From contig JAJRVL010000005.1 of NCBI GenBank assembly GCA_024277355.1, positions 24,428 to 88,427 of the forward strand: a DNA stretch of 64,000 bases, in the 5' to 3' direction. Positions 26,917-36,891 of this stretch are shown here, piece after piece. The translations under genes were made by a program, and so were the position numbers. The notes beneath the pieces are model-generated. The model was not told the DNA's origin. It was given only the letters and a program-made list of their open reading frames with translations, and did no database searches. Source of the DNA: an archaeon (GTDB taxonomy: Archaea > Iainarchaeota > Iainarchaeia > Iainarchaeales > 1-14-0-10-31-34). Position 1 is the first letter of the stretch; every line of letters begins with the position of its first letter.

Positions 26917-27353
26917 TTTTTATCACCTTTAACCATTGCTTCAACATATTTCTTTCCTTTGAAATAATTTCCTTTAATCATTTTGTAAATTTTTCCATAC
27001 TGTCCTTTTTCCATTTTAACTTCTTTTTTAAGTTCTTTTAGTTTTTTTCTTTGAGCTCTGACTTTTTTTATCCATTTTTCTTTTTTGTTTGTTCTTGCTT
27101 TTATTGTTCCTTTTCTTTTTCCTTTTCCTCTTTTTCTTCCTTTTGTTTTCTTTTCTTTTAATTTTCTTGCTCTTGCCCTGCTTTGATAATTGTCTTTTCT
27201 TTTTCTGACTATTCTTTCTTTTATTAATTGTCTTACATCTTCTTTTGTCATACTTTCTTTTATTCTTTCAGTATCTTTGTCTGAAAAAACTATTTTGGTT
27301 TTTCCAACTTTTAGTATTTCTGCTGCCATTCTTCTTATTTTATTTAACTGCAT
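26913..27353 (-). CDS. rpl19e: Ribosomal protein L19e
   Basis: MQLNKIRRMAAEILKVGKTKI N-terminus and a basic repeat body. Confidence 0.9.
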   Translation of the reverse strand: MQLNKIRRMAAEILKVGKTKIVFSDKDTERIKESMTKEDVRQLIKERIVRKRKDNYQSRARARKLKEKKTKGRKRGKGKRKGTIKARTNKKEKWIKKVRAQRKKLKELKKEVKMEKGQYGKIYKMIKGNYFKGKKYVEAMVKGDKK

Positions 27354-27364
27354 TTTTCATCACT

Positions 27365-28081
27365 TCAGTTTAAAATCCTTAAATTCATTTCTTTTGCTGT
27401 TTTAAGTATTTCTTTTCTTGCTTTTTTTCCTAGTGTTCCTTTTAGTCTTACAACAACTTTTCCTTTTACATCTTTTAATTCATTTAAATTTCTTATATAA
27501 ACTTCTTCTAATCCTGACGGATGTAAATTTCTGATTTCTTTTGGTGTTCTGAATCCAGTTAATGGCTTTGCTCCGTTTTCTTTTTTAAGGAAAAAGTCTA
27601 TTCCTCTTGGTTTTCTCCATTTCTGCCATTTTTTTATTGCTTTTCTTCTTAACCATGCTTTTCCAAAGTTTCCTCTTATTGTTGGAACATGTTTCTGTTT
27701 TATTTTTTCCTGTAATTTTTTTTGTTCTTCTGTCTTTTTAATTTTATTTACTGCTTTTGGCTTCTTTTTTTCTTTTGGTTTCTGAATAACAGGTTTTTTG
27801 TCTTTGGTTTCTTTTTTTTCTGTTTTAGTTTCTTTTGCTGATTCAACTGGTTTTTCTTTTGTTTCTTTGTTTTGTTCTTCTGTTTTCTTTTCAGTTTTTA
27901 TTTCTTTTTTTTCAGTAATAATTTCTTTTTTAGCATCTTTGTTTTCTTTAAGTGGTTTTTCAGTAACTTCTTTTTTCATTGATTCTTCTTTAATTAATTC
28001 TTTCTTTTCTGTAATTTCTTTTTTTGGTGTTGTTTCGGCTTTTTCTTTTAATTCTGCTTGTTTAATTATTTCTTCTGCCAT
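27365..28081 (-). CDS. rpl32e: Ribosomal protein L32e with ~110-aa K/E-rich N-terminal extension
   Basis: C-terminal core GKAWLRRKAIKKWQKWRKPRG...YIRN...GKKARKEI. The N-terminal tail shares the [17 protein letters not shown] segment with S9. Confidence 0.85.
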   Translation of the reverse strand: MAEEIIKQAELKEKAETTPKKEITEKKELIKEESMKKEVTEKPLKENKDAKKEIITEKKEIKTEKKTEEQNKETKEKPVESAKETKTEKKETKDKKPVIQKPKEKKKPKAVNKIKKTEEQKKLQEKIKQKHVPTIRGNFGKAWLRRKAIKKWQKWRKPRGIDFFLKKENGAKPLTGFRTPKEIRNLHPSGLEEVYIRNLNELKDVKGKVVVRLKGTLGKKARKEILKTAKEMNLRILN

Positions 28082-28617
28082 TATTCATTCACCTTTTTTT
28101 CTGTTAAATATATTCCATCCTGAAAAACTCTTGTGTCTCTGTTTTTAATTTTTGTTGCTGTTTCAAGATTTGCTGCTGTCTGTCCTATTTCTTCTTTATT
28201 GATTCCTTTTAATGTAAGTTCTTTTCCTTTTATTTCAACTTTTGTTTGTCCGGATATTTCTGCAGTTCTTGGTTTTTTTTCTCCGGTAAAATTGTTTATT
28301 TCAATTGTGTTTCCTTTTACTGCGGCATTTATTGGAAAATGTGAAAATACTATTTTCATTTTGTAAGTATATCCTTTGTTTGTTCCTTCAATCATGTTTT
28401 TTATATGTGCGTTGACTGTGTTAATCATTGCTTTGGTTCTTTTTGTGTCTTTTCCTGCTGTAATGCTTATTTTGTTTTCTTTAATTTCTATTTTTATTTT
28501 ATTGTGTGTAAAATCTCTTTCAATAAACCCTAATTTTCCAGTTATTTTTAGTTTGTTTCTGTTTAATTCTGTTTTGGTTCCTTCAGGAATTTCAATTATT
28601 TTTTCTTGTGTTTTCAT
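28081..28617 (-). CDS. rpl6: Ribosomal protein L6 (uL6)
   Basis: Two-domain L6 pattern with ITGKLG, KIVFSHFPINAAVKGNTIEI and YKMKIV blocks. Confidence 0.9.
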   Translation of the reverse strand: MKTQEKIIEIPEGTKTELNRNKLKITGKLGFIERDFTHNKIKIEIKENKISITAGKDTKRTKAMINTVNAHIKNMIEGTNKGYTYKMKIVFSHFPINAAVKGNTIEINNFTGEKKPRTAEISGQTKVEIKGKELTLKGINKEEIGQTAANLETATKIKNRDTRVFQDGIYLTEKKVNE

Positions 28618-28645
28618 TTTATCACATTTTATTTAATCTAAAAGT

Positions 28646-29038
28646 TTAATATATAAAAGCAACAAGCCTTCCGCCTATTTCTTTCTTTTTTGCTTCTGCG
28701 TGTGTCATTACTCCTTGTGAAGTTGAAACAATTATTGTTCCTATATCTTTTGAAGGTAAAAATCTTTTTTCGTATTTTTCGTATTCGTTTTTCTTTACTG
28801 CATATCTTGGTTTAATTGTTTTGCATTGATTTATTTTTCCCATTAATTGTACTTTGAACATTCCGTCTCTTCCATCGTCAATTAACTCGTATTTTCCTAT
28901 AAATCCTTTTTTGAGTAATATTTTGAGTATTTCTCCAATTAATTTTGATGCAGGTTTAAATGTGCATTCTTTTTTTGATGCATTTTCATGGTTTTTTAAG
29001 TTTATTAATGCATCTGATACTGGATCTGTTAAGCTCAT
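28646..29038 (-). CDS. rps8: Ribosomal protein S8 (uS8)
   Basis: SLTDPVSDALINLKN...GIIVSTSQGVMTH. The ATG at 29036-29038 sits 5 nt after an AAGGTGA SD. The ORF track begins 9 nt upstream at a GTG (29047). Confidence 0.9.
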   Translation of the reverse strand: MSLTDPVSDALINLKNHENASKKECTFKPASKLIGEILKILLKKGFIGKYELIDDGRDGMFKVQLMGKINQCKTIKPRYAVKKNEYEKYEKRFLPSKDIGTIIVSTSQGVMTHAEAKKKEIGGRLVAFIY

Positions 29039-29049
29039 AATTTTCACCT

Positions 29050-29184
29050 TTAATTATATTTTTTAAACCCCATTTTTGGTGCTCTTTCTTTAAAGCATCT
29101 CCTGCAAATCTGCATTCCATACTTTCTGATTACTCCTCTTCTGCTTTTACATACTGTGCAATTTACTTCTTTTTTGTTAATCAT
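29050..29184 (-). CDS. rps14: Ribosomal protein S14 (uS14, zinc-type; 44 aa; not in the ORF track)
   Basis: Hand translation gives [44 protein letters not shown]. Its ATG overlaps the L5 TGA stop (ATGA). Confidence 0.8.
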   Translation of the reverse strand: MINKKEVNCTVCKSRRGVIRKYGMQICRRCFKERAPKMGFKKYN

Positions 29185-29690
29185 TCAAATTCCACTCCGA
29201 ATTTTTCTTTTATGAAATTGATTGCTTCATTTTTAGTTATTCTGTGTTTTATTGGTATTTTTCTTGAATTCATTTTTCTTTTTTTAATTCTAAATCCTTT
29301 TTTTCCCAAGCTAACTAAAACATTAAATCCTTTTATTCCTAGTTTTGGATCATATTTTGTTCCTGGTAAATCAATATATTCTTTTATTCCAAACCCAAAA
29401 TTTCCCTGTAAATCAAAATTACTTTTTTTTAGTGTGTTGTCTTTTGCTTTTAATGCTGTTTTAAGAAATTCTTCTGCTTTGATTTTTCTTAATGTTACTT
29501 TTATGCCTATTGGTAATCCTGGTCTTATTCCCCATAAAGGCTGTTTAATTTTACATTTTGTCTGGATTGTTTTGCATCCAGTAATTTTTTCTATTATCTG
29601 CTGTCCTTTCTTTAATTCTTCTCCTGATTCGCCTACACCCATGTTTACTACAACTTTTTCTATTCTGATTTCTTTCATTGGGTTTTCCAT
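29181..29690 (-). CDS. rpl5: Ribosomal protein L5 (uL5)
   Basis: [14 protein letters not shown]...[15 protein letters not shown] pattern. Confidence 0.9.
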   Translation of the reverse strand: MENPMKEIRIEKVVVNMGVGESGEELKKGQQIIEKITGCKTIQTKCKIKQPLWGIRPGLPIGIKVTLRKIKAEEFLKTALKAKDNTLKKSNFDLQGNFGFGIKEYIDLPGTKYDPKLGIKGFNVLVSLGKKGFRIKKRKMNSRKIPIKHRITKNEAINFIKEKFGVEFE

Positions 29691-29695
29691 TTAAG

Positions 29696-30409
29696 TCACC
29701 TTAATTCTATTTCTGCTTTTTTTTCTCCTATAATAAACACGTTTGAAGCTGTTGTTCTGAAATTTTTTTCTTTTGTTTTTAGCTTTATTGTTTTATCTCT
29801 GTTGATTGAACCTTTAATTATTTCTTCTATTTCTGCTGTTTCGCCTGAATGGCTTCCGCCTGTAACATAAACAAGACTTCCTTTTTTTTCTGCTAATTTT
29901 TCAATAATTTTTTGTTCTGGAAGAGAAATTTTTATGGTATCTCCTACTTTTAATTCTGTTTTATTTTCAATAAATGTTCTTCCGTCATTTGTGTTTAATT
30001 GTATTTTTTTTCCTTTCATTTTTTTTCCTGTTATTTTGCATAATTTTGTTGCTTTGCTTTCTTCTGTTTTTATTGGTTTAAGTCTTCCTTTTGAATCCAA
30101 AACCATTCTAAAATTTTCTTTTGAATCTTCAATTGAAATTAAGTCAAATAAGCCTACTGGGAATTTAATGTCTTTTCTTATTTTTTGGTCAATTTTTATT
30201 TTTTCGTGGTTTAGAATTATTTTTGTTTCTTTGTTGTTTGTTGAGATTTCAAGTAAATCTCTTACTAAAAATCCTAAAGGAATTGATTGTGATGCATTAT
30301 GAGGGCCTGCTTTTAATTTGATTGTAAACTTGTTTTCTTTTCTTTTAATGTTTCTGCTTTTATGGACTGAAAGTCTTTTTTCTTTTCTTGGAGCTCCTTT
30401 TTTTGCCAT
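29696..30409 (-). CDS. rps4e: Ribosomal protein S4e
   Basis: LKAGPHN...IPLGFLVRDLL N-terminus and a KOW-containing body. Confidence 0.9.
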   Translation of the reverse strand: MAKKGAPRKEKRLSVHKSRNIKRKENKFTIKLKAGPHNASQSIPLGFLVRDLLEISTNNKETKIILNHEKIKIDQKIRKDIKFPVGLFDLISIEDSKENFRMVLDSKGRLKPIKTEESKATKLCKITGKKMKGKKIQLNTNDGRTFIENKTELKVGDTIKISLPEQKIIEKLAEKKGSLVYVTGGSHSGETAEIEEIIKGSINRDKTIKLKTKEKNFRTTASNVFIIGEKKAEIELR

Positions 30410-30865
30410 TTATTTTCCCTCCTTTGCTTCTGTTTTTTCTTTAACTTCTTTTTTAATTTCTTCTGTCTTTTTTATTTCTTTTTTTGGTTCAGTTTTTGTT
30501 TCTTCTTTTTTTGCTTTTATTCCTGTTCTTTTGAATCTTTTTTCGTCTTTTCTTTCAATTTCTGTTATTAATAAATTACTTGCTTTAATTGGAATTAATT
30601 TTTCTGTTCCGTCTGCTTTTTTTCTTGTAATTTTGTCTATGAATACTTTTGCTTTTTTGTGGTCTACTTTGACTATTTTTCCTTCTTTTTTCTTGTGTGT
30701 TCCTCTCATGATTTTTATTTTATCTCCTGTTCTGATAATCATGCTTCTTTTTCCTGTTTCTTTTCTTAATTCTTTGCTTAAGTGAGAGGTTAATACATTT
30801 TTTCTTTCATGCATTTTTCCTTTATATAATCTTTTTCTTTGTTTTGAAGGTTTTTTTGTTTTCAT
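30410..30865 (-). CDS. rpl24: Ribosomal protein L24 (uL24) with K/E tail
   Basis: KOW motif IRTGDKIKIMRGTHKKKEGKIVKVD. Confidence 0.9.
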   Translation of the reverse strand: MKTKKPSKQRKRLYKGKMHERKNVLTSHLSKELRKETGKRSMIIRTGDKIKIMRGTHKKKEGKIVKVDHKKAKVFIDKITRKKADGTEKLIPIKASNLLITEIERKDEKRFKRTGIKAKKEETKTEPKKEIKKTEEIKKEVKEKTEAKEGK

Positions 30866-30876
30866 TTTTAATCACT

Positions 30877-31275
30877 TTAAACTATTCCTTGGGCTATTCC
30901 TGCTACTTTAGGCCATCTTTCTCCTACTTCTTTTGCTACTACTCCTTTAATATCTGAAGCTTTAGGCAAACCTTTATCATCAACTAATACTACTGCATTA
31001 TCTTCAAACTTTATTCTTGTTCCGTTTTTTCTTCTGTATTCTTTTTTTACTCTGATTACTACTGCTCTTTCAACTTTTTTTCTTATTTCTGGTTTTCCTT
31101 TTTTTACTACTACATTAACCATGTCTGCAATTCCTGCTTTTTGTGACATTCTTTTTCTTGATTTAAAGTTAAATGCTGTGATAATTTCTACTATTTTTGC
31201 TCCGCTGTTGTCTGCACAAACACATTTTGTTTTTTGTGTTAATCCTTTTGTTGGAGTTGCATTAATTGCTTTCAT
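30877..31275 (-). CDS. rpl14: Ribosomal protein L14 (uL14)
   Basis: CADNSGAKIVEII...VVKKGKPEIRKK...AVVIRVKKE pattern. Confidence 0.9.
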   Translation of the reverse strand: MKAINATPTKGLTQKTKCVCADNSGAKIVEIITAFNFKSRKRMSQKAGIADMVNVVVKKGKPEIRKKVERAVVIRVKKEYRRKNGTRIKFEDNAVVLVDDKGLPKASDIKGVVAKEVGERWPKVAGIAQGIV

Positions 31276-31561
31276 TTTTTTCTACCTCTAATACCACAAA
31301 ACTTTTTGTTTTGCTTAATTTTCTTGTTTCTCCTATTTTTATTGTGTCTCCTTCTTTTGCATTAATACATTCAGGATTGTGTGCTGCAATTTTTGATTTT
31401 GTTTTTTTGTATCTTTCATATTTTGGTACTTTTTTTGTAATTATTCTTTCAATTATTACTGTTTTATGCGGTTTACTGCTTGTAACTATTCCAGTGAATA
31501 CATTTCCTCTTACTTTAATGCTTCCGTGTTTTGCACATTTTTTGTCATTGCATTTAGTCAT
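31262..31561 (-). CDS. rps17: Ribosomal protein S17 (uS17)
   Basis: GIVTSSKPHKTVIIERI...YKKTKSKIAAHNPECINAKEGD. Confidence 0.9.
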   Translation of the reverse strand: MTKCNDKKCAKHGSIKVRGNVFTGIVTSSKPHKTVIIERIITKKVPKYERYKKTKSKIAAHNPECINAKEGDTIKIGETRKLSKTKSFVVLEVEKNESN

Positions 31562-31853
31562 TTTTTTTCCTCCAGAGCATTTTTATTCTGTCTTCTGGTT
31601 TAAACATGATTTTTTTTCCCTCAATTTTTATTTTTTTTTCTTTTATTTGAAATTCAATTTCAATTTCTTTTTTTGGTATTTTTTTTTCTCCTTTTTTTGT
31701 TTCTAAAACAAATAAATTTTTTGTTTCTTTTATTATTTTTCCTGTAATTTTTTTTGTTTTGTCAGTGCTTTTTATTATTTTTACTTTTAGTCCGTTTAAT
31801 TCATGCATTTTAATATTTTCTTTTGTTATTGAATATTTTTTTTCAAACATCAA
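31554..31853 (-). CDS. rnp1: RNase P protein component 1 (Rpp29/Pop4-like)
   Basis: Conserved operon slot between SUI1/L29 and S17. The Sm-like GLKVKII...GKIIKETKNLFVLETKKG pattern fits Rpp29. Confidence 0.65.
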   Translation of the reverse strand: MMFEKKYSITKENIKMHELNGLKVKIIKSTDKTKKITGKIIKETKNLFVLETKKGEKKIPKKEIEIEFQIKEKKIKIEGKKIMFKPEDRIKMLWRKKND

Positions 31854-32145
31854 TTAATTCCTCTTTAAATCCCTGTTCTAATAAAACTTTTTTGATGTTT
31901 TTTTTATGATTTCCCTGCAGTTCTATTTTATTGCCTTTTACGGTTCCTCCGCAGGCAAATTTCTTTTTAAGAACTTTTTCCAAATTTTTTGCAGTTTCAT
32001 GATCTTCTAAACCCTGAATTATTGTAATCCATTTTCTGAATTTTACTTTTTTTAGAATTACATTGATTCGCTGGCTTTCCTTTGATATTTCTTCGCATGC
32101 GCATAAGTTTTTAGGCAGTCCGCATGTCTGGCATACTTCATTCAT
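31843..32145 (-). CDS. sui1: Translation initiation factor SUI1 (aIF1)
   Basis: C..C...C.C N-terminus and the KFACGGTVKGNKIELQGNHKKNIKKVL SUI1 core. Confidence 0.85.
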   Translation of the reverse strand: MNEVCQTCGLPKNLCACEEISKESQRINVILKKVKFRKWITIIQGLEDHETAKNLEKVLKKKFACGGTVKGNKIELQGNHKKNIKKVLLEQGFKEELIDV

Positions 32146-32393
32146 TTTTCTTTTTTACCTCCTTTTTTTGTTTCTTTATTTTTTTCTGTTTTTTTTATTT
32201 TTTTTTCAGTTATTACTGTAAATGTTCTTGCGATTTCCCTTCTGATTTTTTTTATTTTTCCTGGGTTTTCTGCTTTTGTTCCTGAACTTATTTGAGCTTT
32301 TTCTTTTGATAAATCATTTTTCATTGAAACAATTTTTTCTTCTAATTCTTCTATTGGAAGTTCCCGTAATTCTTTTGCTTTTATTGCAGTCAT
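32142..32393 (-). CDS. rpl29: Ribosomal protein L29 (uL29) with K-rich tail
   Basis: KELRELPIEELEEKI...LSKEKAQ pattern; operon position. Confidence 0.8.
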   Translation of the reverse strand: MTAIKAKELRELPIEELEEKIVSMKNDLSKEKAQISSGTKAENPGKIKKIRREIARTFTVITEKKIKKTEKNKETKKGGKKEK

Positions 32394-33244
32394 TTCTTCA
32401 CTTCCTTATCTTCGCTTTTTTGTTTCTTTTCTTCATTAACTTCTTCCTTTTTGTTTTCTTTTTCTTCTATTTTTTCAGTTTTTTTGTTTTTCTTTTCTTT
32501 TTCCTTTTTAGGTTCTTTTTCTTCCTTTTTTTTATCTTCAGTTTTTTCTTTTTTTTCTGTTTTAGTTTCTTCTTTTTTACTTTCTTTTGTTTCTTCTGTT
32601 TTTTCTTCTTTATCTTCTTCTTTTGTTTCTTTTTTCTTTCTGTTTTCAAGTATTTCTATTATATTAATTTTATCTGGGAATACGGTTTCTGGTTTAACTA
32701 TTCTTACTTTTACTCCTATTGTTCCAAATTTTGCTTTTGCTGGTGCAACTCCATAATCAACTAATTTTGCTTGTTCTCCGATTTTTTTCATATATCCTTC
32801 GGCTATTCTTTGTTTTCTTTTTCTTACTCCTTTTCCGCCTAACGCGCCTGATAATACTATTTCTACTCCTTGTGCGCCTGCTGTTCTAATATCTTTTAAT
32901 GTTCTGTAAACAATGCTTCTCCAGCTGAAACCTCTTCCAATTAAACTTGAAATTTTATCTGCCATTGCCTGTGCGTCTAATTCCGGAACTGTTATTTCTT
33001 TTATTTCAATTTGAGGATTTTCTATTTTAAATTTTTCTTCTAAAATTTTAGTTAATTTTTTTATGTTTGTTCCTCCTTTTCCTATTGCTAATCCTGGGTG
33101 AGTTACATTTAACACTATTCTTGTTACTAAAGGAGTCTTTACAGTTTCTAATTTTGTAAAACCTGCTTTAACTAATTCTTTTCTTAAATAATTTTCTATT
33201 TCTATTTTTTTTATTCCTTGTTTGATAAATGTTCTTTCAATCAT
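32390..33244 (-). CDS. rps3: Ribosomal protein S3 (uS3) with ~85-aa K/E-rich C-terminal tail
   Basis: KH domain GLAIGKGGTNIKKL and the S3 C-domain RTAGAQGVEIVLSGALGGKG. Confidence 0.9.
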   Translation of the reverse strand: MIERTFIKQGIKKIEIENYLRKELVKAGFTKLETVKTPLVTRIVLNVTHPGLAIGKGGTNIKKLTKILEEKFKIENPQIEIKEITVPELDAQAMADKISSLIGRGFSWRSIVYRTLKDIRTAGAQGVEIVLSGALGGKGVRKRKQRIAEGYMKKIGEQAKLVDYGVAPAKAKFGTIGVKVRIVKPETVFPDKINIIEILENRKKKETKEEDKEEKTEETKESKKEETKTEKKEKTEDKKKEEKEPKKEKEKKNKKTEKIEEKENKKEEVNEEKKQKSEDKEVKK

Positions 33245-33718
33245 TTATTTTCCCTCTTGTAATACTATTTCAATATGAGCTGATTTTTTGTTTCTTGGTT
33301 TTCCGCCAATTTTTCCTTTTGGCTGGTGGCCTACTTTTGAGTAACCCATTGAAGCAAAACCGTGTTTTATAAATAATTTTTCTATGTCTAATCCTTTGTA
33401 GTCTGCGTTTGCTTTTGCACTTTCAATTAATTCAAAGAAAGCTTTTGCAACTTTTTCAGGATATCTGCCTGTCTTTGTTCCTGATTTTGAATCTCCTTTT
33501 CTATGTGCTATTTTTTTTACGTATTTTTTTAAAGGCAAAAATTCTTTTTTATCTAAAATATTTTGCAGGAATTCTTGTGCTCTTTTTACTTTCATTCCTT
33601 TAATTTCTCTTATTAATTCTGTTGCATACTTAAGTGAAATATTGGCGTTTTTTTTGATTGCTTTTGCACTTATTTTGGCTTTTATTTTTTCCTGAATGTT
33701 GTATGTTTTTTTTACCAT
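33245..33718 (-). CDS. rpl22: Ribosomal protein L22 (uL22)
   Basis: SLKYATELIREIKGMKVKRAQEFL pattern. Confidence 0.9.
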   Translation of the reverse strand: MVKKTYNIQEKIKAKISAKAIKKNANISLKYATELIREIKGMKVKRAQEFLQNILDKKEFLPLKKYVKKIAHRKGDSKSGTKTGRYPEKVAKAFFELIESAKANADYKGLDIEKLFIKHGFASMGYSKVGHQPKGKIGGKPRNKKSAHIEIVLQEGK

Positions 33719-33722
33719 TTTA

Positions 33723-34124
33723 TCACTTTCTTGCTGTTATTGCAGTGCTTGATTTTGTTGCTCCAATTCCTGCTTTTCCATGCATTAATCTTTTTCTTGT
33801 AAGTACTAATTCTCCTAAATAATGACTTATCATTTCTGGAATTATTTCTTTTACTTCAAATTCTTTTCCGTTATATATTGCAAATTTTAATCCAATCATT
33901 TTTGGAATTATTATTGTGTCTCTGAAATGAGTTCTTATTGGTTTTGGTTCTCTTCCTGTTTCTTTTACTTTCATTGCTTTTTCTATTTTTTTATCTAATT
34001 TTTTGTTTTGGTTTCTTTTCAGGCTTCTTTTGGCTCTTGAGTCAACTATTTGTGCAAATTCTTCTGTGCTTAATTTTTGCAGTTCTTCTATTGTTTTTCC
34101 TTTAAATAAAAATTCTTTTGCCAT
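33723..34124 (-). CDS. rps19: Ribosomal protein S19 (uS19)
   Basis: IIIPKMIGLKFAIYNGKEF..VKEIIPEMISHYLGE pattern. Confidence 0.9.
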   Translation of the reverse strand: MAKEFLFKGKTIEELQKLSTEEFAQIVDSRAKRSLKRNQNKKLDKKIEKAMKVKETGREPKPIRTHFRDTIIIPKMIGLKFAIYNGKEFEVKEIIPEMISHYLGELVLTRKRLMHGKAGIGATKSSTAITARK

Positions 34125-34129
34125 TTAAT

Positions 34130-34852
34130 TCACCTTTTTTTCCTTCCTGTTCTTGATGATGCAATTGCTCCGACTTTTCTTCCTGGAGGTGCATTTCTTG
34201 AAGTACTTTTACTTTTTCCAGGATGGTGCTGGCTTCCTCCAAATGGATGTGCATTTGGATTCATTGCAACTCCTCTTACTGTTGGATATTGTTTCTTTTT
34301 TGATTTCATTAAATGATAAGCATTTCCTGCTTTTACAAAAGGTTTTTCTTTTCTTCCTCCGCCTGCAACACAACCAATTGTTGCTCTGCATTCAGGTAAA
34401 AATGAAGTTTTTTTTCCTGATGGAAGTTTTAAGTAAATGTTTTTTTCGTCTTTTGATAATATTATTGCATAACTTCCTGCTGTTCTGATTAATTTTCCGC
34501 CGTCTCCTGGAGTTAATTCAATATTAAATATAGGGCACCCTTCTGGTAATTTTTTTAATGGAAGAACATTTCCTAATCCTATTTCTGCGTTTTTTCCATA
34601 TTCTATTTTTTGTCCTGTAATTATTCCTTCTGCTGCATAAACAATTATGTTTGAATTGTCTTCAAAACTTATTTCAGCTAAAATTCCTGTTTTTCCTCTG
34701 TCTCTTAATATGCCTGTTATTTCTCCTGTTAATTTCCCTGTTTTTTGTTTGTCGTCATAAGAAATATATTTTATTTTATGTTTTGCTCTGTGTGTTGCTC
34801 TGTGTTTTGGAGAACCTTTTCCTGCTCTTTGAGTTTTAATTCTGTTAGGCAT
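34130..34852 (-). CDS. rpl2: Ribosomal protein L2 (uL2)
   Basis: RGVAMNPNAHPFGGSQHHPGKSKS signature. Confidence 0.95.
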   Translation of the reverse strand: MPNRIKTQRAGKGSPKHRATHRAKHKIKYISYDDKQKTGKLTGEITGILRDRGKTGILAEISFEDNSNIIVYAAEGIITGQKIEYGKNAEIGLGNVLPLKKLPEGCPIFNIELTPGDGGKLIRTAGSYAIILSKDEKNIYLKLPSGKKTSFLPECRATIGCVAGGGRKEKPFVKAGNAYHLMKSKKKQYPTVRGVAMNPNAHPFGGSQHHPGKSKSTSRNAPPGRKVGAIASSRTGRKKR

Positions 34853-34857
34853 TTAAA

Positions 34858-35127
34858 TCATAATACTCCTAATTTTATTGCAATGTCGCCTGCTTTAAAT
34901 TCTTTTGCAAGTTTAACTATTGCTTTTTTTCTTCCTTTTCTGTCTCTTATAATTCTTACTTTTTCTGTTTTTACTTTGTATACTCTTTCAATTGTTTTTT
35001 TTATATCCTGCTTGTTTGCTTTGTCATTTACAATAAAACAGATTTTGTTTTCTGCTTCAATTAAATTTACTGCTTTCTCTGAAATTAATGGATGAATAAT
35101 TATTTCATAATCTTTTAATTCTGTCAT
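34858..35127 (-). CDS. rpl23: Ribosomal protein L23 (uL23)
   Basis: [24 protein letters not shown]. The likely start MTELKD at 35127 overlaps the L4 TGA (ATGA). The ORF track begins 42 nt further upstream. Confidence 0.85.
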   Translation of the reverse strand: MTELKDYEIIIHPLISEKAVNLIEAENKICFIVNDKANKQDIKKTIERVYKVKTEKVRIIRDRKGRKKAIVKLAKEFKAGDIAIKLGVL

Positions 35128-35924
35128 TTTACCCTTTCCTTTAATTCTTGTATTGCATTTTCTGTCCATAAAGTAAGTCTTCCGGCTTTTGTTCCTGGAG
35201 CAAGTAATTTTGTATTTAATTTTTTTGCGTTGATTATATCTATTCCTTCAATGTTTCTTGCTGCAATCAAACTTTTGTTTCCTGTTACAATCAAAACACT
35301 TTTTGCTCTTTTGTATCTTCTTCCTCTTTTTTTTCCTTTTCCTGCTCTTGTTGTTTTTCTTTTTTTTGCTCTTAAAATATCATTCCATAATTTTAAATTT
35401 TTTAATACTTCGCTTACTTCTTTGGTTTTGTTTATTTTTTCAAATGAATTTTCAATTACTATTGGGAATTCAACTTCTTCTACTTTGTGTCCTCTTTTTG
35501 TTACTAATTCTTTTGAGGCTGTTGCAGCTATTGCGGATTCAAATGCCTTTCTTTTTTCTTTTTTGTTTATCTTTTCTTTTATTTTTTTTTCTACCATTGG
35601 AGGAAAAGCTTTTGGTCCTGTTACTGCTCCTGAAATTCCTGCTACTCTTCCTGATAATAAATGTCTTTTTTCTTTTGTTCTTGGTCTTCTTGCTCTTCCT
35701 GTGTTAATGCTTCTTCCTGAAGCAGGATAAGCTCTTGCACCAATATATACCGCAGTTGTTTTTCTTCCTGCTCTTATATCTGAACCTTTTTTCTGGAATG
35801 AATTTGATTCAATTGATAAAACATCTCTTTTAATTAAGTCAGGATTGTATTCTGAATCAAATACTTTTGGAAGTTCTATTTCCTTGACTTTTTTTCCTTC
35901 AACTGAAACAACGTTTGCTTTCAT
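35124..35924 (-). CDS. rpl4: Ribosomal protein L4 (uL4)
   Basis: [13 protein letters not shown]...[13 protein letters not shown] pattern. Confidence 0.9.
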   Translation of the reverse strand: MKANVVSVEGKKVKEIELPKVFDSEYNPDLIKRDVLSIESNSFQKKGSDIRAGRKTTAVYIGARAYPASGRSINTGRARRPRTKEKRHLLSGRVAGISGAVTGPKAFPPMVEKKIKEKINKKEKRKAFESAIAATASKELVTKRGHKVEEVEFPIVIENSFEKINKTKEVSEVLKNLKLWNDILRAKKRKTTRAGKGKKRGRRYKRAKSVLIVTGNKSLIAARNIEGIDIINAKKLNTKLLAPGTKAGRLTLWTENAIQELKERVK

Positions 35925-35928
35925 TTAA

Positions 35929-36891
35929 TCACTTTATTATATTTACATCCACTACTTTCATTGTTTTTGCTTTTGTTTTTCTTATATTATGTCTTAATGC
36001 AATGCATCTTTTTGGTGTTCCTGGAATGCTTCCTGCAAGTAAAATATAATCATTTTTTATTTTTCCGTAATTTTTTAATTCATTTAAGTCTTTTCCTTCG
36101 CCGACTAAAAGAATTTTTTTGTTATATTCTGTTCTTGTATGGTAACCCATTTGTCCTGGTCTTGCTACAGTATACATTACTGTTGCTGGAGTCCAAGGAG
36201 AAATTGAACCAACAGCTCTTCTCTTTTTTGCTTTTGGTCTTTCCATTTTTACGCCAAATCTTTTAATGACTCCTTGCATTCCTTTCCCTGTTGTTACTGC
36301 TTTAACATCAATAAATTGGTTTTCTTTTAATACGTCTTTTATTTTTAATTCTTTTCCTAATTTTTCTTTTGCAAACTCAAACTGCTTTTCTTTTTCACCT
36401 GATAATCTTACTTCACTTACATCAGGTTTTTTCTTTCCCATTCCTGTTTCATAAGGAGATGAATGAACTAATAAAGAAACATAAACTGCTTCACTTAATT
36501 TTTTTTCTAAATCTTCAACTGAATGTTTTTTCTTTTTTCTTGTAATACTTTTAATTTTTCTTTCTAAATGCTTGTTTGTTTTTTCAATTAAAACTTCTCC
36601 TAAAACTTTTTTTCCTGAAGTTGTTTTTTTGTATAATCTGATTCCAAAAACATTTAACACAGGGCATTCAATTATTGTGGCTGAATAAACTCCTTCCTGT
36701 CCAAATCCAACTGATTTTTTTTGGTCATTTTTTGCTGTAACTGAAATCATTCCTGCTTTATAACCTAAAAAATTTAATGGCTGGGTTTCTTTTAATTCAG
36801 GAAAAGTCTGGAAAGTAGGTGTTTCTTTTTTGGCTTTTTTTCTTGGATAATAAGCCATTGAACCTGAGTGCGGTTTATGTTTTTTTCCCAT
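35929..36891 (-). CDS. rpl3: Ribosomal protein L3 (uL3)
   Basis: LGYKAGMISV...VTTGKGMQGVIKRFGV...SPWTPATV pattern. First gene of the main r-protein operon. Confidence 0.9.
   Translation of the reverse strand: MGKKHKPHSGSMAYYPRKKAKKETPTFQTFPELKETQPLNFLGYKAGMISVTAKNDQKKSVGFGQEGVYSATIIECPVLNVFGIRLYKKTTSGKKVLGEVLIEKTNKHLERKIKSITRKKKKHSVEDLEKKLSEAVYVSLLVHSSPYETGMGKKKPDVSEVRLSGEKEKQFEFAKEKLGKELKIKDVLKENQFIDVKAVTTGKGMQGVIKRFGVKMERPKAKKRRAVGSISPWTPATVMYTVARPGQMGYHTRTEYNKKILLVGEGKDLNELKNYGKIKNDYILLAGSIPGTPKRCIALRHNIRKTKAKTMKVVDVNIIK

Noticed and set aside
32467-32649. 60-aa poly-K/R ORF on the minus strand inside rps3
   Set aside because: It is an alternative frame of the S3 K/E tail and a low-complexity artefact.
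32276-32764. Long plus-strand ORFs encoding poly-F/L/S proteins opposite r-protein genes (e.g. 32276..32764, 35258..35707, 21422..21919, 8575..8874)
   Set aside because: These are shadow ORFs. The antisense of K/E-rich, AT-rich coding sequence is stop-poor, and each fully overlaps a well-supported minus-strand gene.
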